A stretch of DNA of 64,000 nucleotides from Balanoglossus misakiensis (GCA_040954595.2 CM082577.2:9139846-9203845), one strand, 5' to 3'; counted from the stretch's first letter, positions 1 to 34,038 are shown. The notes: generated by a model from the letters alone, not told the origin. Numbers and translations are program-made.

Positions 1-88
1 CTTCATAGCGAGGTTGTCAAAACAAAATGCCACAAGGCAACTTCGCCCTGGTTGAGAGTCTAAAGCGAAGCACAGTAAATTAACGTAC

Positions 89-6138
<6,050 letters not shown>

Positions 6139-7385
6139 CTTGGATTTTGAGAAGGTGGTTGTTACTTTCACCTTGTGTTTACAGCACTTAAGTATCGATT
6201 GTTGGTACCGTTCGTTGACCTCGTGACCTCGTCAATATACACCGTCTACTCTTGCTGACACAAAAGACCCCACTCTGAGAGACTGTGAAAAGGCGTGGAT
6301 TCCCACTTAAGCAATCTTTCTTAAATCACTGATTCATTCAAAAGCAAATATCCCGGGAGACAAAAAGTCAAACAATCTGGGTCACGACACTGTTTACTGC
6401 TAGTTCACCTAGGATACGGTAATTATATGCCTGGTTTGGTTACGGTTTATCAACGTAAAATAAACGCCTTCTGGCATAAGCATAGAAATACGCCTTCACA
6501 ACGATTTATATACCGAGCATTTACACAATCGGAGACACGGTCTGTGAATCCGTCAGCCCCGGCACCAGTATATGTGTGATTTACGGAGTGTTAGGCCTAT
6601 ACCCGCCTGTCACGTCAGCTCGGCTTGATTAACCATGCGTTCACAAACGTTTTTCGCTCCGCGCCTGCCAACGGAGTAATTGCAGCGTATATCGACGTAT
6701 TGTAGACCAATTTGGCAGAGAGAAGGCGCAACAATTTTTTGAGGAAATACACGGACTATTGACCTAAATCTACAAACGGGGATGTGAATACATGTATAGT
6801 TAAAGGGTGTTCAACGCATGGCGTAACACTGCAGAATGTTCAATCTTTTTTGCCCTTCTCTCTCAGCATTTTTTTTTGGAGGGGGGGGGGGTTCGGAACG
6901 GAATATACCACCGTTTAGTGCATTTTATATCAAAAGTCTAAGAAGTACATCAGAACACGACTAACTATACTTCACAGGAATTGAGTTAGTGTGAAGTTTT
7001 TGATAACTGGGTAAAAAATCACATCGTCATAAAAGGGACGATTAACACTAGCAGCATGAGAAGTAAGAAAGGACAACACAAAGCTATGTATTTGTGTCTA
7101 AGTTTATACACTGACCTCTAAAGTAGGTCACAAACAAACCAACGAAAGAGCTCATTAAAACCGCGGAAATAGAGCTGAGGTCAGTAGCTTTCGACTTCTG
7201 ATTTGGTCGGTCCAATGCCATGAAGTATACAAACTGCGTGATTTAATACAATCATCAATCTTCAAAGACATGCGGTTGCTGTCCACGTTGCCGGTGGCAA
7301 CGTCGGTGTCCCATGACAACATCACTGTCAACAAGTAAACAAAAGCGTCTACAAAGGCAAATTCGTGAGAGAGAAAAAAAAAAGA

Positions 7386-7391
7386 TTTATT
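7386..7391 (-). terminator. Probable polyadenylation signal (AATAAA) of TRPA paralog A
   Basis: AATAAA on the minus strand ~460 nt past the stop at 7852, followed by a U-rich tract. Confidence 0.5.
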
Positions 7392-7851
7392 TCAAGCCGT
7401 CGCCTGCCCATACACGCTCGAAGCAAAACAGTGTGTATAACAAAACAATACCAACGTGGGTAACCCAGGTGGAGACATTTTTCTCTGGTCATTGAAGCGT
7501 CAACGTGGTATGTGCTGGGAAAAACAAAAAAGCTATATTTGAAGTAATTTGTTATTTTCTCTTACTGTGATAGTCTGAATATCGTGCTTCAAGAAGATGG
7601 CAAAAAGTTTGCGAATAATAAATATTTTTGTTCATTACTGAAATAAATAAAAAACTCTGTCTAAAAGAATTCCGTCACATTGCATCCTAAAAATGTTTCA
7701 TTTCAACGCTTGGGCGTAGGTGGCGCTGTGGTCGTCGGTTTCTTGGATGGTCCACGGCAAATTAATTCTCACAGATTATCCTATCGTCTGATCAAAAAAC
7801 GGTCTACAAACCGACGATAGAAGTCACGTGAGCGGATCGTTTTCCAGCCAG

Positions 7852-22399
<14,548 letters not shown>

Positions 22400-23949
22400 C
22401 TTGACGATTAGAATTCGACGAGCCCAAGTACACTGCAGAAAAAGAGACACTCCGCTCCCAGATTCCGGATATCAACTGCTTCCTAGATGATCGAGTAGTG
22501 AGTGGTATCAGCGATACGCACAAAGGAGAACCGTGGTTGGGTTTCAGTCGTGACGCACCGCCCTTCGTATACCGTACCACATTAAATGTGTCTCATCCAG
22601 GCCCGATCCGACCGGCTTCCCGGCAACTGCAAGCTTTGTACCGATGAAATGCGAGAATGACCCGGCGACTCGCACCACACAGATTGACCTAAAAACGCTT
22701 ATAGCATCCTCGAAGATATTAGTATAGAACATGCGTTGGAGATGATACAGGCTGCATGTGATATATGATATCCGTCAGAGACTGCCTTCGTCTAACTGGT
22801 GTAATAGCCAGATTTCTCCTTGCGGCCCTATACGTCCTCGGGCTCGATAAACCCATTATGCGTATAGGTCATTGCCATTTGACTTGACTATAAGGTCGAC
22901 GAGGAGGTCACATGCTTTGGGAACAGAAATAAACGTTGTAGAAAAGATCGAATTTCTTCGCTATAAATGATCACACCGAGAGTGCGGTAATCGTTCCCCC
23001 ACACTAGTAAAGACGAAATGTTGCCCTAGTTTTATTCTGACGTCATGCCGCGAGGAAAGTGTGAGTTGGCGCCTTTTTTGAAAACACGAGTTCAGGGGTA
23101 CCAGCAAGCTTGAATTTGGTGGAAAGTGGAACGATTATTCGACCTAAAACATGGAAGTTTTATGCCATATTATCGTCGATATCACGGTTCCCCCTAGGGT
23201 AAACTTTATTAAATGACTGTGATGTGCATTAAAAAGAATGTTTTTTTTGTCGGTCAAGTGGTAAATCCAAGCACAGGTGCCTGATGATGTCGAACGGCCT
23301 CTGCAACTGAATACACCTGTGCATCCAAGAATGTCAGCGTCTGTGCCCGGGGAAGTTCTCAAAATGTCTCGCGGAATTCCATTTCCAACAGCTGCATCAA
23401 CATCCGATGTCGTCGAAGGTTTTCCGCCTCAAGTGAGTTTTCAGGCGGGTCCTACTCTTCAGGAATGTATACTTTGAAATTCACAACTGGGTGAAAGGGA
23501 AGATTGCTGAATTATTCTGGGGTAGAAATGTACAGGTTTCTTCCTAAAACGGGGCAAATTCCCCCCTTAATTCATTGCTTGCAGCGGACAGTTGTGAAAA
23601 TTTAAAAAAAGCATGTCAAAAAGTTCCCCAGTTGTATCGTTCACGCAAAAATATGCACTTGGAAATTGGGTATAGTACATGGTTCGTCAATCCCGGACGA
23701 TCCCATATGGAACTGCTGCGCCCTCTGTGGTGTATTAAGGTATGCAGCAGAGCAAATTCCAAAACCACACATATTCGACTTCATTTTATTTTTTACAAAA
23801 GTATGAAAATGCGGGTTGTAGTAACTTATTCTGCAGATACCAGTATATCTACATGACTCAAGTGAGTTCAATGTGATGAACCAGCCATCAGCGATCAGGC
23901 CAGCCGACAGCGATGCACCAGCCCACCACCAAGGCTACAATTATTGCAG

Positions 23950-24824
23950 CTAGTCCTCCTTAACCCTCTCCTTTAGTTTGGACACGAGTGCAGTGAGATC
24001 ACTGCGGTACTTGGTGCATTCAGTGCATCTTTTTTCTCCTGCAAGCATGGAGCACTTAGTTGTTCTGACTGTTGAGTGGTACACACTCCCATCGATGGCC
24101 TTGGAACTGTAGTCACCTTCAATGTAGGCAGATGCATCTTGCTCCCCGTCACCCTTACTTGTAACAAGACTAATAAATTCTTCATCAGAATTTCCTGCAC
24201 AGACGTAGGAGTTGCTGATCAAGTCGACCAGTTTGTTCAGTGTCTGGAGAGAATTGATGGCCACGAGCGGGAAACCCTCAAAAACTGTGTGCGATTTTGG
24301 AATCGATTTCCCGTGGATGACGACCTTCCATTGTAAATCTTCTGTCACAGCAATACTCTTGGATGTCTTCAGGTCCTCTCCTATCTCTTCCACTTTGTAG
24401 AAACGCAGCGACGATTCCATCATCACATGTGACCAGCCAGGCGGCAGGGTGACTTGGTTTAAATTTTGCCGAAGGAAGGAAAAATCAAATGTTACCTATG
24501 TAGCAAAAAAAAATAATCAGAAAACAGCATAAGTAATGACACGTCCAGAAACAAAGCTGCAAAAGCAGTTATCAACTCTGAATGTTTCCCAAAACAAAAT
24601 AATGTAGCACTTGCTTATGTGATAACATGAACTCCCCAAACTGATAGGGACAGCACATACATACCCCAATAAAACTAAAACCTGCAGAATGTGTAGCTAC
24701 GTAGTGCTGTACAATACAGCTGAGTAATTACCTTCTTTACAGTTGCTTCAGACTTGCGCCGGGCTGCCACCACCGACGCGTAGTAATGTTTCGGCCGATA
24801 CCACTTATTTTTCTTGTAGGGCAT
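23950..24824 (-). mobile_element. Truncated, spliced ORF resembling the N-terminal region of invertebrate P-element-like transposases (~212 aa)
   Basis: Exon 24732-24824 (MPYKKNKWYRPKHYYASVVAARRKSEATVKK, AG|GTAATT donor) joins in frame to exon 23950-24495 (polyT-tag acceptor; VTFDFSFLRQ...WKVVIHG...VCAGNSDEEF...TVRTTKCSML...RCTECTKYRSDL). I recognise this Cys pattern from upstream of P-type transposase cores. No catalytic domain follows. Family assignment is from memory. Confidence 0.6.
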
Positions 24825-24934
24825 ATTCTTAATAGGAAAAAGGAACGGGTACTTAGGTTATTAGGTAAACCAGGGCGAACAAAAAATGCCAGAAAAATCA
24901 AGCGGTCAAGAACAATCAAGGGATAGAACTGGAT

Positions 24935-24976
24935 GGGTTTTGGAGGGGTACTTGCGGAAGTACCCCTCCAAAACCC
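24935..24976. repeat. Perfect 19-bp inverted repeat with 4-nt loop
   Basis: gggttttggaggggtactt-gcgg-aagtacccctccaaaaccc. Confidence 0.97.
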
Positions 24977-25278
24977 CTCCAATTCTCTCCCACAACGCAC
25001 CTTGTTTCCAAGATGGCGGTTAAGACAAACCAAAATACATGTACGCATCGATTTATCCATGAATGAACCGCTTAGGAAAGAAAACTACACACTTACCTCT
25101 TTTCCGAGTATTAATTATTTGGAATATATCAAAGTTTTGTGAATTCTGATCATTATATGGTCGTTTTGCGTCAATGTTCTTCGCCACTGACAGCACGACT
25201 GACCCACGCTCACGCACTATGCTGCAGCTGGTGTGACGTCATCAGCAGCCGACCCTGGCGAAAGAACAATGCCCGTTC

Positions 25279-25388
25279 TTGCCTCTCACGACAGAGGGCG
25301 CCGTCAATAACCTTTGGCTTTTCAGAGAGGCGGTGAAAAGCTCATGTGAAAAGCCAAAGGTCATTGACGGCGCCCTATTGAGAGGCAA
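25279..25388. repeat. Imperfect inverted repeat (~43-bp arms)
   Basis: ttgcctctca...agggcgccgtcaataacctttggcttttca / tgaaaagccaaaggtcattgacggcgccctattgagaggcaa. Confidence 0.9.
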
Positions 25389-25592
25389 TGCCCGTGTTTA
25401 CAGGGACTGTGGTAGGGTCTATGGTTTCCATGACAAAGCGGTTTATTTTACCTAGACACGTTCGAACACTATGACCATAGCTGCATTTTCATCCTTATTG
25501 CGACCATAGTGACCCAACAGAGTACACAGCCACCACTGAGCAAAGTCGTATTTTTTTTCTAAATTGTTAGAATAACAAAAAAAATCAACCAC

Positions 25593-25616
25593 TGACCTCG
25601 ACGTGACTCGAACACG
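25593..25616 (-). pseudogene. tRNA-Trp 3'-half remnant (T-arm/B-box plus 3' acceptor strand)
   Basis: The minus strand reads cgtgttcgagtcacgtcgaggtca-gtggttgatttttttt. It differs at two positions from the full genes, has the same 3' trailer and lacks the 5' half. Confidence 0.85.
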
Positions 25617-25737
25617 AACTGTGTAAACATTTTGAAAATGTACCAGGATGGTACAGTGATGTAAAAGTGTGTCAGCTGACTGATTGGGAAGTAAGAACGA
25701 AAATAAACTTGCTCCGTTTTGCAAAAGAATTAACCAC

Positions 25738-25809
25738 TGACCCCGACGTGATTCGAACACGCAACCTTCTGATCTGGAGTCAGACGCGCTACCGTTGCGC
25801 CACGGAGTC
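25738..25809 (-). tRNA. trnW-CCA: tRNA-Trp (CCA)
   Basis: Exact reverse complement of the 12078 gene; trailer gtggttaattctttt. Confidence 0.98.
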
Positions 25810-26901
25810 ATTGTTACGAAATCTGCCATATTACAAAATATATTTAATTTGCACTTAGCTTGTTAAAAACCGCACGTCGACGTCATTATCATTAATATTC
25901 ATACTTGTCAAAGAACCTGAGATACGTCGCATGCGCGCTTTATTGTGATTCAACGAGGACCTTATGGACGCGCATCTGTTTCATGGTGAACAATTCGCAG
26001 GTTAAAATGTGCCCCGAATAAATATGTCAATTTCCGCCACGTGGTAAATTATTTTCTTGTACTGTATTTATACCCATCGGTCACAGAATGCCGATCAATC
26101 CTGACGTCTAGCCATTGAGGGACGAACGACGACGACCACCGAATAGTTTCGCACAGCTCTGCTATCACTCCGACCATCCATCTTCTTGATAGAGTAGTAT
26201 CGAGTTTGACAGAACATGGCCATATCATTATCTCGTTAAATTTCTCGCGCATTCTTGAAGTCGTCGCATTCTTTCCGACCACCCTTCTGTTTATATCCTC
26301 GCATCCAATGATTGAAGTGAATGGAGAGATTCCAGCTATTCTACTTTCGGTAGGAAGTGGTCATTCTTTTCCCGCAAGGACAAATGAGGATAATCCTTAG
26401 GGGCCGTTTCATACATGGGTAAACGTACATTCACCGGGAATAGGCCTACTAGTACTTTCTACACGCCATAAGCTTAGAAAGCCTTTTCTTCTTTCATCGA
26501 TCCTAATATCAGTGAAATTATACTATTATTATACTAAATTTCGCTGCATTTAAAGGTGTTAACTATCAGGCAATGGCGGGTTGTATACCTGAAGCGACTT
26601 GAAGTCTTCTATGGGTCTGTTTCGACATCCACTCTGGCCGCGAAGTTCGTACACCGGCTCCTGCAAGAAACCCGTACATTCTGGCCCTGTGGTTGTACTG
26701 ACTGAGCCGACGTTAAAATGACCTGCGGCCTCGTGAATATTACGAACTGATGACCAAAAGTGTGGTGATATACAGCGTAACGCACCGTTACTCGTGCAAT
26801 AACCTTTACTTACATCTTTGTAGTCAGTACTGACAAAACAGTATTTATTATGAATTGTTCGATTCTGTAACTTTCAAAATTACAGTAAAAAAATTAACCA
26901 C

Positions 26902-26973
26902 TGACCCCGACGTGATTCGAACACGCAACCTTCTGATCTGGAGTCAGACGCGCTACCGTTGCGCCACGGAGTC
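26902..26973 (-). tRNA. trnW-CCA: tRNA-Trp (CCA)
   Basis: Exact reverse complement of the 12078 gene, with an oligo-T terminator. About 270 bp of 5' flank is shared with the 25738 copy. Confidence 0.98.
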
Positions 26974-29900
26974 ATTGTTACATTCACATTACAAAATACA
27001 TAATTTGCACGCATCTCGTTAAAAATTGCGCGTCAATATCATTAATATTAATAACTTGTCGAAGAACCTGAGATACGCCGCATGCGCGCTTTATTGTGAT
27101 TCAACGAGAGCCATATGGACGCTCATCTTGATGAAATATTCGCAGGTCAAAATGTGCACAGAATAAATATGTCAATTCCCGTCGCGAGACATTTGATTTT
27201 TTCTTCAGTCAAGTTGTTTCCCATCGATACAGATTGCCGATCATGATCATGGTGGACGCACAATCTTGCAATTTAGTTGTACGTCCAGACGTCTGTCGAT
27301 ATTGTTGCTAGAGGGCGCTAACCCACACAGCGCCTGAAATCAACAGGTGTTTTTTTGTTGTCGTCATGTTTCGTGTCACGTTTGAAATGTTACGGTTATT
27401 TTCGAATTGTTTGATACTCCTAAAATGATTTGAGAACACAATACTAGTTCTTTTCTTTACTCGTCACTGTTGAAGACAAACAAACAACACATTTTTCACC
27501 ATCTGTACTTAACTTGGCACGGTTATTTGTCCACATCCTACAGCCTGAGATACATGCATCGGAGACATATTACCAGGAAAACCGAAAATCCCCCAGAAGT
27601 ACAAGTCGTGTCTGAGTTATTGCCCCCCCCCCCAAAAAAAAAAGAAAGTGAGTGAGAGAGAGAGGGAGGAAGAGGGAGAGAGAGGGAGGGAGGAAAGGGG
27701 GAGAGAGAGAGAAACAACCTTGATGGGTACTATCTATCAGCGGCGTAATCAAATTTACTCAACTTTCTCACCAACCGTTTTAATAGCTGGCCATTCAAGA
27801 GAATTGACATACGACCGGACCTCACAACTAGAGGGGCACCTTTAGAGATTCGTTTTAAAATACCAGCAAATGATTTCCCTCCTTACGGCTTTGTCCCATG
27901 ACAAATTACAATTTCCTGTTTTTTCTGCCAGTGGTTGAATGGACTGTGTTCTGAATAAGCAGTATTTCTGTTGTCATGAAAATCAGCCGAGGGCCTAACG
28001 CCATTAAGACTCCTGGAATCTAAAAGGTTGTCAAATGCCTTGATAATGCGACGCGGGGTCTGTGGCGTTGTAGATTTGGGGTTCGCTTTTGACCCGTATT
28101 GTTTGGGCTGTGTACTGATTTGTTTGGGGGTATCTTTTATCTGTAAAGGATTTGTTTTGTACATTCATCGCCTCTGTACTGCTGCAGAGGTCAGTTTGGT
28201 CGCAAGCCGCCGCCGGCTTTTGTGACTGATCTGTATCGATCGTCAGCCATAGCTCTCCCATGTCCCGCCCTCCACCCCGTCGTCAAGGCGACCGCGGGGC
28301 ACGCGTAGTTAGTTCGCTGTGCGTGTTTACCGCAAGGTACCACTACATACAACAAGGGCTTACACACATACATACAACAGCAGTGCAGCGCGGCAGTGAA
28401 GTTGAGTAGGACCTGTTACCGAGCGAGGCGGACTGGAAAACAGGTGTTCCGGAGAAGTGGTCGCGCTACAGAAATTCCCGCTAGAACTACCACAGGAGCA
28501 GCGGTGAGCCGGAGCGAGGAGTCGAGCAGGTAATTGTCGAGTTTCTTCTCCTCCCGCTAATGAATGCAAATTGCTAACCAAACACTCGATGGAAACACGT
28601 TCAAGTTGAGTACCGTACCGACACATTTGTGTGACAACATTTCTAAAGGCCGGTTCTGTCGTCAAAGTTGACCTTTCGATTCCACGTCCGATCGCTCTCG
28701 ATTCTCGACGAACCCCTGCAGTGTCCTCAGCGAAAACCAACTTGATACACCGTGTTGAATTCATCCGTGCAATCAGCATGAGGTCGACCACATACAGGTG
28801 AAAATCAGAATGTTCAGCGTCACGCCACCGTAACTTGGAAGTAGCCATTTTTAACTCGCAGGTTTCTTTTTTGTTCTATTCAATTCCTACAAAGAAACCG
28901 AAGACATTTTTTGTGTGTGGATCGAAATTCTACGCACATATTTAGACTGACTTGATATACCTGTTAAACGACTGCTTGAACCGGCGTTGTCGAGTGCGAG
29001 TTAGCGCGTCATTATGCGCTGACTTATTAATGAACCGTTGGGGGGAGTTCATTCAGATTGTATCGCACTGAAGTGTTTACAAAAGCTTTCGACTTGTTGG
29101 TTTGAAAATAGACTGTGTGGTCACCATTAAGTTCATCACGAGCGTTTGAATACTAGTAGCTCGCGGCGAGTGTCGGCGAAGAGACCCGGTGACCCCATTG
29201 CGTGTCCCGTGAAAGAGTGGCTGAACTCCTCAGTCAATGAGACTGTGACATTTGAGAGCTCGTTCGAAATCTGTGCTGAACAGTAGCCTCCAAACCCATT
29301 TGCACATGACCAGACATAATAAGCCATTCCAACACTTGAAAAGAGGGTTGACAGACTTGTGGAGGCGGAATAAATTGGCCGAGAGTGTTTGAGATCATTA
29401 TTCACAGAACAGGGTGTACATTCGAGGAGAAAGTCTGACCCCACCGTAGCCCGGGTCCACCTATTACCGCTTGCCTATTAACTGAAAACACGTTTTCAAA
29501 CACGCTACCACTTAAACAATTGCGGAGAAAACCAAACCGCCGTTAAAGAGAGAAACCATCACCCGACCTGTAATTAAGTCACCAACAAAGCAGGAGCGGG
29601 GAGAATCTACGATCAAAAAAGAATGACGATTTAATTTGCAATACGTGTTTTTACTGCTCACACGTACGCGCGAAAAAACATCCGTTTCGCACGGCCGTTG
29701 CTAATTACGGACAAACAGAACGTGTTTTGGTGAAATTAGTTCTTGTTTAAACTTTGCCCCACAGTTTCCATCATGATAAAGCGAACGAAAATAGACCAGG
29801 GAGCAATCTATCGCCATAGTGGTTCCATATTTCACGGTAAAAGTCATACAGGCATAACATTCAGTGCCCTGGGAAACCCATATCAATACCCAATAAATTA

Positions 29901-32900
29901 TTCAGTAACTTCAGTTGTAACGTTGTAAGTTTATCGGATATCAATATCGGTACAGAATCTAACGATCGCTTTTAAGTCTGGAACAGAACTCACGTTTTAG
30001 TTCTAATCATAGTAGCATAATCGATGAGAATTTCTAAAACTTGTTTTACCGTACGGTTGGTTTTAATTTTCTGCACACTATATATGCCAGTTGATTTCTT
30101 TATGGCGGCAATTTCCTCCATTTTTCTGTCTCCAGAGGCACAGGCCAATGTTCGACACCACTTGAAGTAACGCGGTTGCGCAAAACCATTAGTTAGCTCT
30201 GGACGACATCATTTAAGTTGGTTCCTGCCACGTCACGCATAATAAAGTCATCCGTTTGGTACTAAATCTCTTGGTTCTACTCAAAAAGTTGTGAAAATAG
30301 GGAGGGGCGATGTCGTATGATCTAAAGGGCCTCGGTGCTTGATGTCGACGTTGTACGTGCCGCTATGCTATTTTGATGTGTGTTTGAAACTATCAAATGT
30401 GTGGGTATACACCATCACGTCATCATGCAACATGCCAAGTGGTGGCAACGTTCACAACAATGCATGTTTTCCTGTAATTAGTAGTTAATATTCACAAAAC
30501 AAACAAAAAAATCGTGACGCTAAAAATTCAACCGGTAAATTATTATGACAAGTTGTCGATATCTTGGGTCATAAGTGTTTATTTGTTTGTTTGTTTGTAA
30601 GGGTGGCCAGCGTGTTGTGTTGTCTAGGACTTGATTTGGTCATAGGGTTTATGATTTGGTGCATTGTTCAGTGGGCATGTCAATGCGAGGGACGCCATAA
30701 ACAACGACAGTCACGCCTTGGCGGAAACTGCCACGGAACACGGCTTATGTTTATTTGGTCGATCCAAAACAGGTTCCATTTTTACATTGTATTGGGTCTA
30801 CACGCCACAAGGAGTAAATGATTTCGGATAGGTCAGAACATGGATACTCGTTTTTCTCGAGTGTTTATTGTCGGAAGTTCGATGACTTTCAATGATTTTC
30901 TCTGCTCTATTACGAATAAATGAGATGCTTTGTTTTCCTATACCGTTTTGGCACGGTATCGAATCTGCTTGGCATAGTCAAATTCGGTGACCACACGTTG
31001 CCATGTCAACACACTGCTTATATTGCCGTCTCGCCTGCCTCATGGACTTTGCAACACTAAAAGCAAAACAAGACACGCGGTGCTTTTGTCGTTGTTGAGA
31101 TACGATCACACCTAGACAGAGGAGACGACGTTGCCATGCCCACTAGACCGTATTTCAGATATGTGTAACCTGCCCCCAGATTACAGATTACCTTTCCCGC
31201 GGAACAATCGATCGTCATTTTATCACTATCGATCGATAACACCCGGGTAAGCTTTTACAGTCACCTTTTTATTCGCGAATTAGACTCAGGGCTTAATCTC
31301 CCCTTTTTGGCCTGAGCGAAGTTCGGAAACCGGTCAACGAATTTCTGAATAATATGGCCACGCCACCTGATCTGCGGATAGGACAGAGGTTTGAGAATGT
31401 AAGGTTAGTCATGGTTCGCGCCGCGCCGTTGTTTCATTTGTCTGAACGTATAGTCCCGTCTTATTTCTTCTGACCGAAAATAAAGAGTATCGTAGCGTGT
31501 ACACGCCTCAACGCAGACCAACCAACCAATATCACCGTCCACCACCATTCGCGCCTACACGAATCCTAAAATTGTCGTCAACAGCCTAGCCACAACAGTG
31601 AAGGGACGTGATAACAGTCCCGGTATTGTAAAAAAGGGCGAAGATCAATATATTGCAAACACATTGTTTGTTCACCAAAGCCTCTAGTGCTTTTTTCTGC
31701 CATTGACTCATATAATAGGTCATTTTGTTCTCAATAAACAGGTAAATAATCGTGCCTCCACATTAGACAGGTGTCAGAGAAATGACACAGTCCACCTCTA
31801 CGTAGGAAACGATTTATTGATATTATGTCGCCGTATATGGGTTGCAAGACCGATGACATCATAACGGTTTAACCCCAGCGTAAAACAATAACATATTTAG
31901 ACCAGGAAGACTAGTCATTTTTAAATCTCCGCTTGCGTTGCGATAGTGAAAGTTGACGGTCTATGTGGTAACTCCAAAACGATTAACGGAATAAGGTGTG
32001 TTTAACCTTGCTGCGAACCAGATCACGGGTAAGCGACGGTACTAGCACGTACATGTACATGTACTCTGGTTGGTAGTGAAAATATTTAGTAATGACATAT
32101 TGGCATGGCTGTGAAGTAAGCGCTAGAGGGGACTTTTGGGGGAATTTGGACTCTGGAATTTATTGCTCCGTTATTGACTGCCACATCGTCATGGCTCCAT
32201 AAACGACGGCAGTAGTTACCCCCATTCGCAGGTCGTTATTTCGTGGTCCTTTTAAAAAGGGGGGAACAATTGAGACCACGATTCACGATCCACACTTCTT
32301 TCAAGTGCAGCTAACACCTTGAAAGTGGTCGCCATTGTCCCGAATCGATCGACAAACGACACCAGAGCGGTCTTGTGTGAGCCAATTTTTCGCCCGCCGC
32401 ACTACCAGTTTTTGCCTGACAGTGGCACGCTGATTTCGGATAACGTCTTGTTGAATCGCATAGAGAGAGACACGTCCCCGTTTCAGGGTAAGGTGCTTAG
32501 TCCATTTCTTACAGCCGTATAATCGAGTTCGGGCAAAAACATGCAAAATGGCGATGGGGGATTATGCAAATCGGCGGCGCTATAAGTTTACGTCATTTTC
32601 TAACTTTAATATAATTCGGTCGATTTTGACGTTTTAAACTGCGCTGTAGCGTGTGACTTGTTTGAACTGGGGGACAGATTGGTACATTAGTGTTTATATA
32701 ATATGAACAGAAGAATGCTACAGAAATCGACGCAGAAATCCCACTGGCGATGGTGCAGTGGTCGATATACCAAGGATTCAAATAAATGCTCGACGAACGG
32801 GGGGGGGGGGGGCTTAGGTTTGTGCCGAAAATAGCACAGGTATGCAAGGACGCACTGCACTGTGCTAGACAAGAAACATCGATATATAGACACTATTGCT

Positions 32901-34038
32901 GACAAAGGACTTCCAACAAAGAGAAAATTAATGCTGACTGAATACGAAGATTTGAGTATGGATCATTATACTCCGATGGGGACAAAAGATAAAAGCAGTT
33001 CGATCATAATTAGCGGTTTAAGATTAAGATAGAAATAATAATCGATCGAGGACACCTGTCATATTTTGGGAGGGAAATGCGTCCGCTAAGTCAGACGTGA
33101 TGCTAAGTGTTGCCAGCCGTGAATTAAACACAATATTGCACATACACTGTCCACAGAGAAAAAGAAATGCCTACTTTAAAATAATAAAATGTCTTTGGTA
33201 CGTTGTAGAAACTGCGCATGCGTATGTGTCGGTGTAAAAACCCTAAATTTCCATTTCGGAAACAGTAATACAATTTTCAAGGAAAACGGCGGTAGTCGGT
33301 GTTATTGTAAAAAGTATAAACGTCTATTTTCAACCGCAAACATTAATTCACCACTTGTTTATTTGAAATTCGGAATATACTCGAGGACGGTTGAAAGATT
33401 TATTGGCAAAACAATATTTAAGATAAGCAAAAAAAAGGTCTCCCGTAGAAGGGCAAGGAATGATAGATTTGTGTATATTTGCCCACCGAAGAAGAAACGT
33501 CACCCGAAATGTTTGGCCAAGAAACGATATAGGCCACGAGGTCAAGTTTCTCGGTAAATATATTTTTATCAATAACGAGTATAGTCGAAGAGACGAGGGT
33601 GGTCTGCAGGAATGAGTACCGTTTCCTCCACGCAAGTTTTATCGTCAGCACGATCAGGCTGAGTCCCCGAGGGTCAATAGACAATGTCTCAAAACAGGTG
33701 TGTCCGCTCCCTGTTCGGCCGAAGGTTTTCCAACGCCGACGACATAAAGTTTTATGGCCACTTGAGAGATATCGCGACATTCGACTACTGCTCATTGACA
33801 TTGTTGAAGACATCACAACAACATCAATACGCATGTATCTGCCAAATGTCATTATGGAGCTTGCCACTACGGCTACTCGCCTGGCCCAATTATTGTTATC
33901 GTAAACTCCTCGATTCAAAACTAAGGTCAATGCATATCAGCCGTACCTAAAACAAGAGTGTCATTTTTTCAATTCGAGTGGTCATTACAACGGGTTTTTT
34001 TTATAACATAGACAGCATCTGTATACAATCTGAAAAAA

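Noticed and set aside
32125-32150. Adjacent NF-kB-like sites (ggggactttt, ggggaattt)
   Set aside because: Incomplete consensus and no supporting context; expected by chance.
33189-33950. Cluster of overlapping 88-170-aa ORFs
   Set aside because: No codon bias, recognisable motif or consistent splice sites.
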